A stretch of DNA of 64,000 nucleotides, taken from NCBI GenBank assembly GCA_964512095.1, contig CAZEIH010000001.1, positions 126,091-190,090 of the forward strand, given 5' to 3'. The position numbers and the translations under genes were made by a program. Source of the DNA: an uncultured Oscillospiraceae bacterium (GTDB lineage Bacteria > Bacillota > Clostridia > Acetivibrionales > DTU013). Each line of letters begins with the position of its first letter. The first letter of the stretch is position 1. A model generated the notes under the pieces. It was not told where the DNA came from. It did no database searches and saw only the letters and a list, made by a program, of their open reading frames with translations. Below, piece by piece: positions 53,964 through 63,808 of this stretch.

Positions 53964-56546
53964 TTAAATTATGTTTTGGATACCCTCTTCAGGAATCGGT
54001 CTTGAGCAGTAGTAGCCCTGGACCATATCGCAATTATGCATAGCTAGGTATTCGAACTGCTCCTTCTTTTCAACCCCTTCAGCTACCACAAGAAGATTTC
54101 TTTTGTGACCTATGTGGATTATAGATTCTATCAGGCTGTTATCATTTTCAGGGATATCATCGACAAAGCATTTGTCAATTTTTATTGTATTAATCGGTAA
54201 TTGCTTGAGATAGCTTAATGAAGAGAAGCCCTTCCCAAAATCATCTATTGAGAACCTAACTCCTATTGATTTAAGCTCGTGTAGCTTCCGTAGGTTAATA
54301 TCAACAGTCTCCACAAGCTTTGATTCTGTTATTTCCAATTCAAGTAAGGATGGCTCAAGCCCTGTACTTTTAATGATATCCTCTACCATATTGACAAAGT
54401 CGGTCTGCATTAGCTGTATAACTGATATGTTTACAGATATTCCAAACTTCTTGTTGTATCGATTGTTTAGATTTACCATAAACTCGCAAGCTGTTTTCAT
54501 TACCCACTTACCTATCTGCACTATCAATCCCGTCTCCTCAGCAACACTAATAAATCTAAGTGGTTGAATGAGGCCGCGTTCAGAATGCATCCATCTTAAT
54601 AATGCCTCAAAGCTAACGATTTTTCCTGTGGCGAGATCAACCTGGGGCTGGTAGTGAAGAACAAGCTCCTCATTTTCTATTGCACGCCTCAAACCATTCT
54701 CCATTTCTATCCTCTCAGCATACTCATCATTCATTTCCTTCCTGAACATGATATGCATATTTTTGCCCTCTTTCTTTGCATGGTACATAGCAACATCTGA
54801 ACTCTTCATCATATCCTCGATAGTAGAAGCATGGTCAGGATAAATACATATACCACAACTGGCCGAAACATGGAAGTGATTTCTCATGACATTGAAGGGC
54901 TCTTGGAATACACTCATAGCCTTTGTAACTTTATTGTCTAAATCCTCCATGGAATCTATTCGTCTAATAAACACAGCAAACTCATCACCTTCAAACCTGG
55001 CGACCATTTCATTGTCATTGAAAACTCCCTTTAGGCGCCGCCCTATCTCCACCAGTAGCATATCACCCATTGTATGACTAAAGAAGTCATTGATATACTT
55101 AAAGTTATCCAGATCAAGATACAGTAAAGCACATTTTTTAGCCTCCCCAATCCCAATGCCAGCAAGAACCTTACCCACCTCATTGAACAGCGCCGCCCTA
55201 TTTGGCAAGCTAGTCAGTTGATCCCTATATGCAAGCTGCCTAATGGTTTCTTCAGTAGCTGCCAGCTCATCGTACACAGCCGTCAGCTCATCGAAGCTGT
55301 CCTGAAGTATATTCTCCTGTGATACTCTTTTAGATATATCAATTCCCAGAATCTCAACAACTCCATCGTTATCCTTGTCCTCAATAGCATTACAGTAGAT
55401 ATGGATTACCTTACTATCTCCCCGACAAAGGGCAAGATCAAAGCTTATGTTGTCATTACGACCCTGTCCTTCAGCAAAGGCGCTTCGCAGTAGCTCAACG
55501 TCCTTTTCAGACAGCAATTCAAAAACGTTCTGAACCTTGGTGGCTCCGTATTTATCAAAGTAGACCAGGCTATCCTCTGCATTCCTGTTTGCAGTCAGTA
55601 TAGTCCCGTCTCTTTTAATTGTTAATGCAATTAGATTGGTAAAATCCGCAACTCTATAGGATTTCATCTGCTGCCTCAGCAAATCTTTTTCCAATCGTCT
55701 GGAACGGGACATGATAAAAGCAATAATGAATGACACAGCAGATATCACTATGAAAAGGATTGCAAAGACAATATTAAGCTTACTAAAAACAGCGCTTTTA
55801 GGCGCTGTCACTGCAATTGACCATGCTGTTCCATCAATAGGGCAAAAACCCATGTAGCGTTTCTCACCATTGTAATTATATTCACCAGTTCCGCTACCGC
55901 CTACAATCATAATTTTCTCAAGAGCTACAAGCTTCTCATTCTCAGGGTCGCTTAATGAGTTCATTATTTCATTCTCAATACCATATACTAGACGCCTGTT
56001 CTTATGTGCAACAATATTTCCCACATCATTAATAATGAATGAATATCCGCCATCACTAAGCTTTATTTTATCGGTAATAGTACTAAGTATATCAGCGTCG
56101 TATGTTGTATAAAGCACTCCTGATAATACTCCGTCATCATATATAGGAGCAGCAAAAACCAATACCATGGTCCCATCGGCACGGCTTTTAATCGGATCCG
56201 ATATGCTAGATTTTCCTTTTAGAGCATTTTGAAAGTACTCCCGATCTTTGACATTCAGCCTAAATCCATCGGTAGCAATAGAGTTTCCTTCTAAATCAGA
56301 TATACTTAACCTTTTATACCTGTCTAGGGGAAGCTGCTTTTCCAGCTCCTCTAGACGCTTTTCTATCGGAAGACTGGTATCACTGACTATACTGCTAGCA
56401 GCAACTGACCTTGTCTCCGACAAGCGTCCCTCTACATAGGTGCTTACAGTTGCTGCACCTTGATTAGCAAACCTTATAAGGGAGTTCTCCATATCATGTA
56501 TTAGTATCTTGGTAACGGCATAATAAAGCAGAATGCCAACAACCAA
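53964..56546 (-). CDS. Cache-TM-PAS-GGDEF-EAL signalling protein (c-di-GMP turnover)
   Basis: 860 aa from a TTG start. The GGDEF domain carries RFEGDEFAV. The EAL domain has FEALLRW, ELEITE and DDFGKGFSSL. The frame is open a further ~25 codons upstream with no canonical start, so the N-terminal TM may be incomplete. Confidence 0.8.
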   Translation of the reverse strand: MVVGILLYYAVTKILIHDMENSLIRFANQGAATVSTYVEGRLSETRSVAASSIVSDTSLPIEKRLEELEKQLPLDRYKRLSISDLEGNSIATDGFRLNVKDREYFQNALKGKSSISDPIKSRADGTMVLVFAAPIYDDGVLSGVLYTTYDADILSTITDKIKLSDGGYSFIINDVGNIVAHKNRRLVYGIENEIMNSLSDPENEKLVALEKIMIVGGSGTGEYNYNGEKRYMGFCPIDGTAWSIAVTAPKSAVFSKLNIVFAILFIVISAVSFIIAFIMSRSRRLEKDLLRQQMKSYRVADFTNLIALTIKRDGTILTANRNAEDSLVYFDKYGATKVQNVFELLSEKDVELLRSAFAEGQGRNDNISFDLALCRGDSKVIHIYCNAIEDKDNDGVVEILGIDISKRVSQENILQDSFDELTAVYDELAATEETIRQLAYRDQLTSLPNRAALFNEVGKVLAGIGIGEAKKCALLYLDLDNFKYINDFFSHTMGDMLLVEIGRRLKGVFNDNEMVARFEGDEFAVFIRRIDSMEDLDNKVTKAMSVFQEPFNVMRNHFHVSASCGICIYPDHASTIEDMMKSSDVAMYHAKKEGKNMHIMFRKEMNDEYAERIEMENGLRRAIENEELVLHYQPQVDLATGKIVSFEALLRWMHSERGLIQPLRFISVAEETGLIVQIGKWVMKTACEFMVNLNNRYNKKFGISVNISVIQLMQTDFVNMVEDIIKSTGLEPSLLELEITESKLVETVDINLRKLHELKSIGVRFSIDDFGKGFSSLSYLKQLPINTIKIDKCFVDDIPENDNSLIESIIHIGHKRNLLVVAEGVEKKEQFEYLAMHNCDMVQGYYCSRPIPEEGIQNII

Positions 56547-56750
56547 AGCAATCGCTGCAATCTGTAAGGTCTTATTAAGTACAAAATTTTTTTTAACCGC
56601 TTTCAGAAGATCACCCCAAAAAAACTAGCTGCATATATAAAATCGTTGTAACGACTAATTGAAATCTTACGAAGGAAGCAATCTATTCAGTAGTTATGAC
56701 TGAACAAATTGCTTCCATCATAAATTGAGATGTTTAATACTTAAGCTATC

Positions 56751-56990
56751 TCAGCTCTTAAGCTCCTTCATGCACACAGAGCAGATGTTCTTACCCTTGT
56801 AGTTAATTACGTCCTTGGCGTCACCACAGAATATGCAAGCTGGTTCATATTTCTTCAATATAATATTCGCTCCATCGATAAAAATCTCTAGTGCATCCTT
56901 TTCTGCTATGTCCAAAGTTCTTCTCAACTCAATTGGTAAAACAACTCTTCCTAGTTCATCAACTTTTCTTACTATACCGGTGGACTTCAT
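56751..56990 (-). CDS. AbrB/SpoVT-family transition-state regulator
   Basis: MKSTGIVRKVDELGRVVLPIELRRTLDI… is the classic AbrB N-terminal swapped-hairpin motif. RBS AAAGGGGGTG before the ATG at 56990. Confidence 0.85.
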   Translation of the reverse strand: MKSTGIVRKVDELGRVVLPIELRRTLDIAEKDALEIFIDGANIILKKYEPACIFCGDAKDVINYKGKNICSVCMKELKS

Positions 56991-57035
56991 ACATTCACCC
57001 CCTTTCAAGTTACAAATGTTGTTGCATTTAAGTAT

Positions 57036-57434
57036 CTATGTTTTAGATTTCCCATCATAAAGCACTTTTCTTATAACCTCCGGCAAATCTGTAATCCTAT
57101 CCTTAGACAGATAAGAATCACACCCCTTTTCGAAGGCTTCAGTCAGTTCATTTTGGTTCAAATCTTCAGAAACTATTACAAATGGGATATCGCTACATAT
57201 TCTATTTTTTATCTCCAGAGCATTTAAAGCATTGAATCCGGGCATCGCATTATCGCTAAGGATTATATCGTATTGCTCCTCCTTAAGCGCTTTCTGCAGT
57301 GCTGCTCCAGATGATACTATTTTACTATTCAATTTCAACCCGCTTCTCTTCAGTATCCTTACAGTTAAATCCGCAAAAAACGCTGAATCCTCCACAACGA
57401 TAACTGAAAGCATGGTACCATTGTCCATTCTCAT
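57036..57434 (-). CDS. Single-domain response regulator (CheY-like receiver)
   Basis: 132 aa. VIVVEDS…, acceptor region YDIILSDNAMPG and conserved K (VIVSED…). No output domain. Confidence 0.75.
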   Translation of the reverse strand: MRMDNGTMLSVIVVEDSAFFADLTVRILKRSGLKLNSKIVSSGAALQKALKEEQYDIILSDNAMPGFNALNALEIKNRICSDIPFVIVSEDLNQNELTEAFEKGCDSYLSKDRITDLPEVIRKVLYDGKSKT

Positions 57435-57568
57435 CCACCATTCTCAATATATAAGCTTGCTCAAAAAAAAATAAGGCGTCACATTTATCCTCTTATATGA
57501 TACCTTGTAAAAAAATATATATTAATGAATTATTTCTTGTGTTTACCCCGAATTTTGTCAGATTATGA

Positions 57569-58711
57569 CTAATCCGCTACCCTATTCCTATATTCACTTG
57601 GACTTAATCCCATATGCTTCTTAAATAATCTGCTGAAGTATTCCGTATCACGGTAGCCCAGCTGCAATGCTATCTCATAAGTCTTTAGTGAGCCTTGGAA
57701 TAGTAGGCGGGCAGCCCGTGCCATTTTTACCCTAGTGATATAGTCTATTAAAAGCTCACCCGTCCTCTGTCTGAACACTTCGCTGATATATTTACGATTC
57801 ATAAAAAGGGCCTTTGCAATTCCCCCAATTGAAACCTCATTATCTACGTTATCCAGAACAAAGTGGCATATCTTGTATTCTAGCTGACCTTCCGCATTGC
57901 CGTATTCAAGCTTGCCTATTTCATGTATCAATTCTCCAACAGCAGCACTGAAGCTTTCCAGTGCCAGTTGTATATCCTCCATTCCGATAAAGTCCAGGGT
58001 ACTATATTTGTTACAATCAACAAATCTGTGTAGCCAATCAAAATGCTCATTCAATTGTGATATCAACTCAGCCATTGATTTTTTCAAAGCTGCGCCAATC
58101 TTTATAGTATCGTTTTCAAAAAGTGCTGTAATAGAAATTCCAAGTCCGCTTGCGGCCACCGAAGCATCAGGTCGTTTCGCCATGATAGCATCTATTAAAA
58201 GCTCAAGCTCTGCAGATGGATATGCATCATCAATTTTCTCTTCTAGTCTTTCCTCCAGATTCTTAACCAGCTCATTCTCCTTGTCTTTCTTAATCAAAAA
58301 TTGCTCCACTCTGTTAAGCATATCAAACATTTTGTCGTATTCTGGCGGTTTTCCTAGATAATCAAAGGCTCCATGGAGGATTCCCTGCTTTGCAAACGAA
58401 AAATCCTCATAGTCACTTAGCAGTACTATACAGGGGCAAAGCTCACTCTCAGCAGCTTCCTTAAGTAACTCAATCCCATCAATTTTAGGCATTTTTATAT
58501 CAGTAATGAGTAGGTCAAAGTGCTCACGCTTAAGAAGATTTAATGCTTCATGACCATTTTGTGCTTCTGCTGCTATAGAAAAGCACGTCTCACCGTTCCA
58601 GAGATTAAGCCTTCTAACTTGTCTACGGCTTATTTCCATATCATCTACTAGTAATACTCTATACAAAGATCTCACCTCATTGTTCAATTTCCAATAGGGG
58701 CAGTCCCCCAT
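57569..58711 (-). CDS. Response regulator with AraC-type HTH output (YesN-like)
   Basis: Receiver domain (VLLVDDM…DLLITDIKMPKIDG) plus a C-terminal AraC HTH (…GYRDTEYFSRLFKKHMGLSPSEYR). Confidence 0.8.
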   Translation of the reverse strand: MGDCPYWKLNNEVRSLYRVLLVDDMEISRRQVRRLNLWNGETCFSIAAEAQNGHEALNLLKREHFDLLITDIKMPKIDGIELLKEAAESELCPCIVLLSDYEDFSFAKQGILHGAFDYLGKPPEYDKMFDMLNRVEQFLIKKDKENELVKNLEERLEEKIDDAYPSAELELLIDAIMAKRPDASVAASGLGISITALFENDTIKIGAALKKSMAELISQLNEHFDWLHRFVDCNKYSTLDFIGMEDIQLALESFSAAVGELIHEIGKLEYGNAEGQLEYKICHFVLDNVDNEVSIGGIAKALFMNRKYISEVFRQRTGELLIDYITRVKMARAARLLFQGSLKTYEIALQLGYRDTEYFSRLFKKHMGLSPSEYRNRVAD

Positions 58712-58789
58712 ACCCCCTCGCTACGGGCGAAATTTGGTTCACCTCTTGTCTAAAAATGCATTCTCATGGCGAGCCCTTATGTGGCGATA

Positions 58790-59944
58790 TTACTTTAATG
58801 CTTCGCTAACCTTCCCCAACCATTCGCTTATCTTTATTGTCTGCGGGCACTTGTCCTCACAGATTCTGCACTGTACACATTTGTCAGCATGTTCGGCAGA
58901 GTCAAAGAAATTGTTGTATGTTAACTTCGCTCCGGCAATATCTTCATGTATAGCACCATCGTTATATATGGAGAAGTTCCTTGGTATATTTACATTGTTC
59001 GGACAGGGCATACAATAGCTACAGCCTGTACAGGGTATTGCTGTCCTTTTATTATACCTTCTGCGAACCCGGTTTATTATATCAAGTTCTTTAGCGCTGA
59101 ATTTTCCAACTTCCGACCTATCAGCTGAGGCTATATTCTCCTTAACCTGTTCCATTGTACTCATACCACTAAGAACCACTGAGACTTCAGGCTGATTCCA
59201 AAGCCACTCAAGGCCCCAATCTGCCGGAGACCTTCCCGAGTCGCTTTCATCAAGTATTGCCTTAATATCCTTAGGTGGGTTAGCTAGCCTCCCCCCAAGC
59301 AAAGGCTCCATAATGACCACAGCAAGGCCTTTTGATGCAGCATATTTTAAGCCCACTGTCCCCGCCTGATTCTCAATATCCATATAATTGTACTGTATCT
59401 GACAAAAATCCCATTTGTCATAGCCATCAACTATTTCTTTAAATACATCTAAGCCATCATGGAAGGAAAACCCTATATATTTTATTTTACCGGCCCTTTT
59501 AGCAGCTTCTGCCCGCTGGAGAACATCATGCTTGAGAACGGTCTCTCTCCAATATTGTTTATTGAGTGAATGAAGCAGATAGAAATCCACATAATCTGTT
59601 TGCAGCTTAGCAAGCTGCTCATCTAACAGCCTATCGAAGTCCTCGGGCTTATTAATTAACCAGACCGGAGATTTAGTTGCCAGCCTTGTCTTGTCCCTAT
59701 AGCCATCCTTTAGGGCTTTTCCAGTAAGTATCTCACTATTACCTTCATGATATCCATATGCAGTATCAACATAATTAACGCCATTATCAATAGCGTACCT
59801 TATCATTTTTATAGCCTCAGCTTCATCAATATTGCTGTCTAGCCTATTACCAACACCCTGTATCACCTTAGTTGGCAACCTCATAGCTCCAAAGCCTAGA
59901 GCAGATAACCTGATATCTTGCTTTCCAAAATTTCTGTACTTCAT
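58790..59944 (-). CDS. Aldo/keto reductase with a C-terminal 4Fe-4S cluster-binding extension
   Basis: AKR motifs (LGFGAMRLP, VNYVDTAYGY, FYLLHSL) and Cys clusters CTGCSYCMPCP and CVQCRICEDKCP. Confidence 0.8.
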   Translation of the reverse strand: MKYRNFGKQDIRLSALGFGAMRLPTKVIQGVGNRLDSNIDEAEAIKMIRYAIDNGVNYVDTAYGYHEGNSEILTGKALKDGYRDKTRLATKSPVWLINKPEDFDRLLDEQLAKLQTDYVDFYLLHSLNKQYWRETVLKHDVLQRAEAAKRAGKIKYIGFSFHDGLDVFKEIVDGYDKWDFCQIQYNYMDIENQAGTVGLKYAASKGLAVVIMEPLLGGRLANPPKDIKAILDESDSGRSPADWGLEWLWNQPEVSVVLSGMSTMEQVKENIASADRSEVGKFSAKELDIINRVRRRYNKRTAIPCTGCSYCMPCPNNVNIPRNFSIYNDGAIHEDIAGAKLTYNNFFDSAEHADKCVQCRICEDKCPQTIKISEWLGKVSEALK

Positions 59945-60110
59945 ACTAGTGCCCCCTATATTTGTGACCTATTTACAAAATTATTTGTATATAGGTATTT
60001 TACTATCCTTATGCAAAGAAGTGCAACCCCTATTGGTTTAAATCATTGCTCCAGGGGGGTTATAAAAAAGGGTCTCAAAATAATTAGCCTTCTGAGTATG
60101 TTAGCAACTT

Positions 60111-60150
60111 ACAGAATAAGAGCCTATAAGCTTTTATTCTTATAGGCTCT
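60111..60150 (-). terminator. Hairpin downstream of tRNA-Arg
   Basis: 12-bp stem AGAGCCTATAAG / CTTATAGGCTCT (60119-60150) with a U-rich 3' side on the minus strand. Confidence 0.5.
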
Positions 60151-60162
60151 CATTCTGTGAGT

Positions 60163-60239
60163 TGGCGCGCCCAGCAGAGATCGAATCCACAACCTTCTGG
60201 TCCGTAGCCAGACGCTCTATCCAGTTGAGCTATGGGCGC
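60163..60239 (-). tRNA. tRNA-Arg (anticodon ACG), CCA encoded
   Basis: Minus-strand sequence GCGCCCATAGCTCAACTGGATAGAGCGTCTGGCTACGGACCAGAAGGTTGTGGATTCGATCTCTGCTGGGCGCGCCA. Acceptor stem GCGCCCA/TGGGCGC, anticodon loop CTACGGA, T-loop TTCGATC. Confidence 0.9.
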
Positions 60240-60360
60240 ACGTAACAACATATAGTTTTATGCACGGTTTAAGCAGTGCATATATTATGATAATACTTTC
60301 CCGCCAAAAAATCAACTGCAAATTGTTGTCTGCTTAATTGTTCTTATAGTACCCCCTGTG

Positions 60361-60369
60361 TGTTATAAT
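60361..60369 (+). promoter_or_regulatory. Extended -10 promoter element TGTTATAAT upstream of the DnaD-domain gene
   Basis: TGnTATAAT match about 75 nt upstream of the ATG at 60445. No clear -35. Confidence 0.4.
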
Positions 60370-60444
60370 AGATAAGGGAAAACCCCTGCTATGCATTATA
60401 CCGCGTAGATAACATAGATAGAGAAAGTAGTGAGGTTGTTAGTA

Positions 60445-61422
60445 ATGGTTTTTGATGCAAATTTATCCATGCTTTATTCAGATACACTTATACCTGACGT
60501 CTTTATTTCTGAATATATGCCGTCATTGGAAAGTGACTTTATCAAGGTATACTTGTTTTGCGTGTTTCTTGCTAAGCACAGTAAGAACCCAACCTCCGGC
60601 GATATTTCAAAGAAGCTGGAGCTTCCTTCCCCACGGGTAAAGGAGGCTTTTGTACGTCTTGAGGAGCTAGGTCTGATCACAAGAAGCGCAAATGAAAGAA
60701 CAATAAGCATTGTAGACCTTAAAGAACGGGAAATAAAGAAGGTCTACCGAGCTAAGATAACCTCCACTCCGGAAGAGGCCGATTTTAGCATGGAGCGAAG
60801 CAAGCAGCGCAGTCGCTTCATTTCCAGTATAAACAATGCATTTTTCCAGGGGGTTATGTCACCGTCCTGGTATACTGACATAGACTCTTGGTTTGACAAA
60901 TACAAATTTGAGGAAGACGTTATGTATGCCCTCTTTAAGCACTGTTATGATTACAAGGGCCTGTCCCGCCAGTACATTGCTAAGGTCGCTGACAGCTGGT
61001 ACAGCAAAAACATTCGTAATGGCTTTGATCTGGATAAGTACTCAATAGAGGCACAGAAGATGAAAGACATTCGCAGTATGATTATTAAGAAGCTTAGAAA
61101 GCAAGGATTACTTACGGTGTACGAGGAAGCCTATGTGGAGAAATGGGTGTGCGTATTTGGCTATGATTTTAAAATTATTGAAGAGGCCCTTAAGCGTACC
61201 ACCTCTGCTTTAAATCCTAGCTTTGAATACATCAATAAGATTCTGACCAATTGGCATGAAAAGGGCTATAAAACAACAGATGAAATCCTTACAGCAGAAG
61301 GAACAAGGAAGTCTTCAGATACTAGGTCTAAAACCCGGGGAAAGACCATACCCCAAAAAGGTAATTTCGAACAACGTCAATATGATGATGAGTATTTTGA
61401 TAAACTCTACAAGGATGTTTAG
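60445..61422 (+). CDS. DnaD-domain replication initiation / helicase-loading protein (DnaB/DnaD-like)
   Basis: N-terminal winged-helix-like region (IKVYLFCVFLAKH…ISKKLELPSPRVKEAFVRLEELGLI) and a C-terminal DnaD-like repeat (…WYSKNIRN…ILTNWHEKGYKT). Followed by a DnaI/DnaC-like gene. ATG at 60445 preferred over the track GTG at 60430. Confidence 0.7.
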   Translation: MVFDANLSMLYSDTLIPDVFISEYMPSLESDFIKVYLFCVFLAKHSKNPTSGDISKKLELPSPRVKEAFVRLEELGLITRSANERTISIVDLKEREIKKVYRAKITSTPEEADFSMERSKQRSRFISSINNAFFQGVMSPSWYTDIDSWFDKYKFEEDVMYALFKHCYDYKGLSRQYIAKVADSWYSKNIRNGFDLDKYSIEAQKMKDIRSMIIKKLRKQGLLTVYEEAYVEKWVCVFGYDFKIIEEALKRTTSALNPSFEYINKILTNWHEKGYKTTDEILTAEGTRKSSDTRSKTRGKTIPQKGNFEQRQYDDEYFDKLYKDV

Positions 61423-61485
61423 TGCACAATTATCATCAGTAACAAAGGGCAGATAATGATTTTCTGAAAGGATGAACAAAAAAGG

Positions 61486-62511
61486 ATGAGTCTTAATATA
61501 CACAAAGTCATTAGAGATGAATATGATAAAAGGCGCAAAAGGGCTCAAGAAGAGTTGGATGAAAGAAAATTGGCCCTTTATTATAGCATCCCCCGCCTTG
61601 AGGAAATAGAAAGAGAAATACAGGCATCAGGTATAAAATTCAACAAATCAATCCTTTTAGGAACAGTACCGTCTGACAGTGCGTCAGCTCAGCTCTACGA
61701 TACTATAGAAAATCTCAGTAAGGAAAGGTCTCAGCTCCTGTTATCCAATGGCTATGATGAAGCTTTCCTTAGTCCGGTCTATGAATGCAACAAATGCTCC
61801 GATACAGGTCTTGTTGATTCACAGGAGGGAGATGGTGATACACCTTGTATATGCTACCGCCAGATGCTTATAGACCATCTATATGATCAATCAAACCTAT
61901 GTATCACCGGCAATGAAGGTTTCTCATGCTTCAATACTGACTTTTACCCCGATATCATTAACGAGAAAAAGTATGGTATCAAAAAATCACCCAGGAGACA
62001 AATTACAGGAATACTGGAAAACTGCCGCCACTTTGCGGAAAATTTTAGCGACCCGGAGGTCAAAAACCTTCTTTTCTGCGGTCCTACCGGTGTCGGAAAG
62101 ACCTTCATGGCAAACTGCCTAGCCATAGAGCTTATGAAATCAGGGCGTACAGTGCTTTATCAAACAGCTCCTGCTTTGTTTAATGCCATATATGAATACA
62201 GGTATAATTCAAATAGTAATGAAGACTGTGACCCCACTTTATATAAAAGTATACTTGAAACCGAACTCCTGATAATAGATGATCTTGGAACAGAATCACC
62301 AACAGCAATGCGTTATGCTGAGCTACTGAACATCATTGATACCAGGATGTCCAATAATGTAAGAAGACCTTGTAAAACCATCATATCAACCAATATAGAC
62401 TTGAAAAATCTATTCGAGTACTATGACGAAAGAATCGTATCTAGAATAACAGGGGGTTTTGATATTTTCCGATTTGCGGGGGATGACATACGCATGTTAA
62501 AGGCCTGGTAG
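61486..62511 (+). CDS. dnaI: DnaI/DnaC-like helicase loader ATPase
   Basis: N-terminal Cys cluster (CNKCSDTGLV…CICY). Walker A FCGPTGVGKTFMANCLA. Walker B LLIIDDLGTE. Confidence 0.75.
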   Translation: MSLNIHKVIRDEYDKRRKRAQEELDERKLALYYSIPRLEEIEREIQASGIKFNKSILLGTVPSDSASAQLYDTIENLSKERSQLLLSNGYDEAFLSPVYECNKCSDTGLVDSQEGDGDTPCICYRQMLIDHLYDQSNLCITGNEGFSCFNTDFYPDIINEKKYGIKKSPRRQITGILENCRHFAENFSDPEVKNLLFCGPTGVGKTFMANCLAIELMKSGRTVLYQTAPALFNAIYEYRYNSNSNEDCDPTLYKSILETELLIIDDLGTESPTAMRYAELLNIIDTRMSNNVRRPCKTIISTNIDLKNLFEYYDERIVSRITGGFDIFRFAGDDIRMLKAW

Positions 62512-62524
62512 GAAATACACACAC

Positions 62525-63682
62525 TCACCCAACTGCTCCTATCATGATTCGGAATATATGAGTAAAACTATTTTCAATTCCTATAAAACCACACACCTGA
62601 GCATAAAACCACATTCCAATAACCAAAAATCCAGGAATCAGCCAAAGAAGCCCTTTTACACTGACAGCTGAAGTCCTTGGTGCCTTACCACCAGTTATGC
62701 TGGTTTGGCCAGTTACGATAGCTTGGCCCATTACGCTGGCTTGGCCGGCAATGTTGGTTTGGCCATTCCCGGCACCCGTCATCGGAGCTACTCCTACTAC
62801 CGGCTTTAGTGCCGTAGTCTTAGGATTCAGCTTTATCAGCGCATAAACTAGCAATACAAGCGCCATAGCAAAAAAGATAAACATGAACCCGTAGGTAACA
62901 ATGACTATTCGCAGCTGCTGAGGTGGAAAGGAAGAAAACATATCAAAAATGTCGCTGATATCGTTCCCTGTTTGTTGAACCAAGTCAGAGGATTTCTGAA
63001 AAATCTCCAGAAGCTTATTGGATACGTATCCCGCAGTAACTGCTATTGCGTTATTTGTAAAATGGGCAAACATACCGCAGAATAGCGAGTTGGTTTTATA
63101 TACGATAAACCCTATTATTACTCCTAGTACAAAGGTACCAAATATCCTTTGAATATCCAAATGCATAAGACTAAAAAGAAAAGCAGCCATAAATATGGAT
63201 TTTACCGGTCCTAAATCTTCAAAGCCCCTTTGAACAACACCCCGAAAAAGAAATTCCTCACAAATCCCTGCACTGCCTGCAATAACAAGTATGCTCAACA
63301 GGAGCCCAAGTACGTTATCGCCAACTGGCATCGCCTCTACAACTATTTTCCCAAATATCTTATCCACAATAAAAAGATTCAGTATATTAAATACGGCAGC
63401 CAAAGGGATAGCAAAAACAACAATCCAAAATGTTACGAAGAAATTCATAAATCTCGATTTATTTAACCTTAAAACTTCCTTCATCCTAACTCTTGAAAAT
63501 ATTAGGAATAATAAGGTCGGAAAGGATATTAATATAAACTCCGTAATAAGTATACCTGAATGGAACTCATTAGACTGAACTCTGTAGCCTAAAAGTACGA
63601 AAATTATAATGGTAATTGAAAACAGAATACTGGTTTGAGCTACACTGGGGTTTTTTGCGCTCTCTACTTTGAAATAATTCAA
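62525..63682 (-). CDS. CPBP-family intramembrane glutamic endopeptidase (CAAX protease-like)
   Basis: Motifs CEEFLFRGVVQ, FLFSLMHL and AHFTNNA. Polytopic, with a C-terminal G/Q/T-rich repeat region. Confidence 0.8.
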   Translation of the reverse strand: MNYFKVESAKNPSVAQTSILFSITIIIFVLLGYRVQSNEFHSGILITEFILISFPTLLFLIFSRVRMKEVLRLNKSRFMNFFVTFWIVVFAIPLAAVFNILNLFIVDKIFGKIVVEAMPVGDNVLGLLLSILVIAGSAGICEEFLFRGVVQRGFEDLGPVKSIFMAAFLFSLMHLDIQRIFGTFVLGVIIGFIVYKTNSLFCGMFAHFTNNAIAVTAGYVSNKLLEIFQKSSDLVQQTGNDISDIFDMFSSFPPQQLRIVIVTYGFMFIFFAMALVLLVYALIKLNPKTTALKPVVGVAPMTGAGNGQTNIAGQASVMGQAIVTGQTSITGGKAPRTSAVSVKGLLWLIPGFLVIGMWFYAQVCGFIGIENSFTHIFRIMIGAVG

Positions 63683-63808
63683 GGCTGCACCTCCAAAAAT
63701 AGGGGCTTCGCTTCTAAAAGCTAAACCCCTTACTGAGTCGTACTATAGATATTAACTCTTTATTCTGGAAAATGCAATTATTGTTATTATACTAAGTTAG
63801 GCCTGTGT

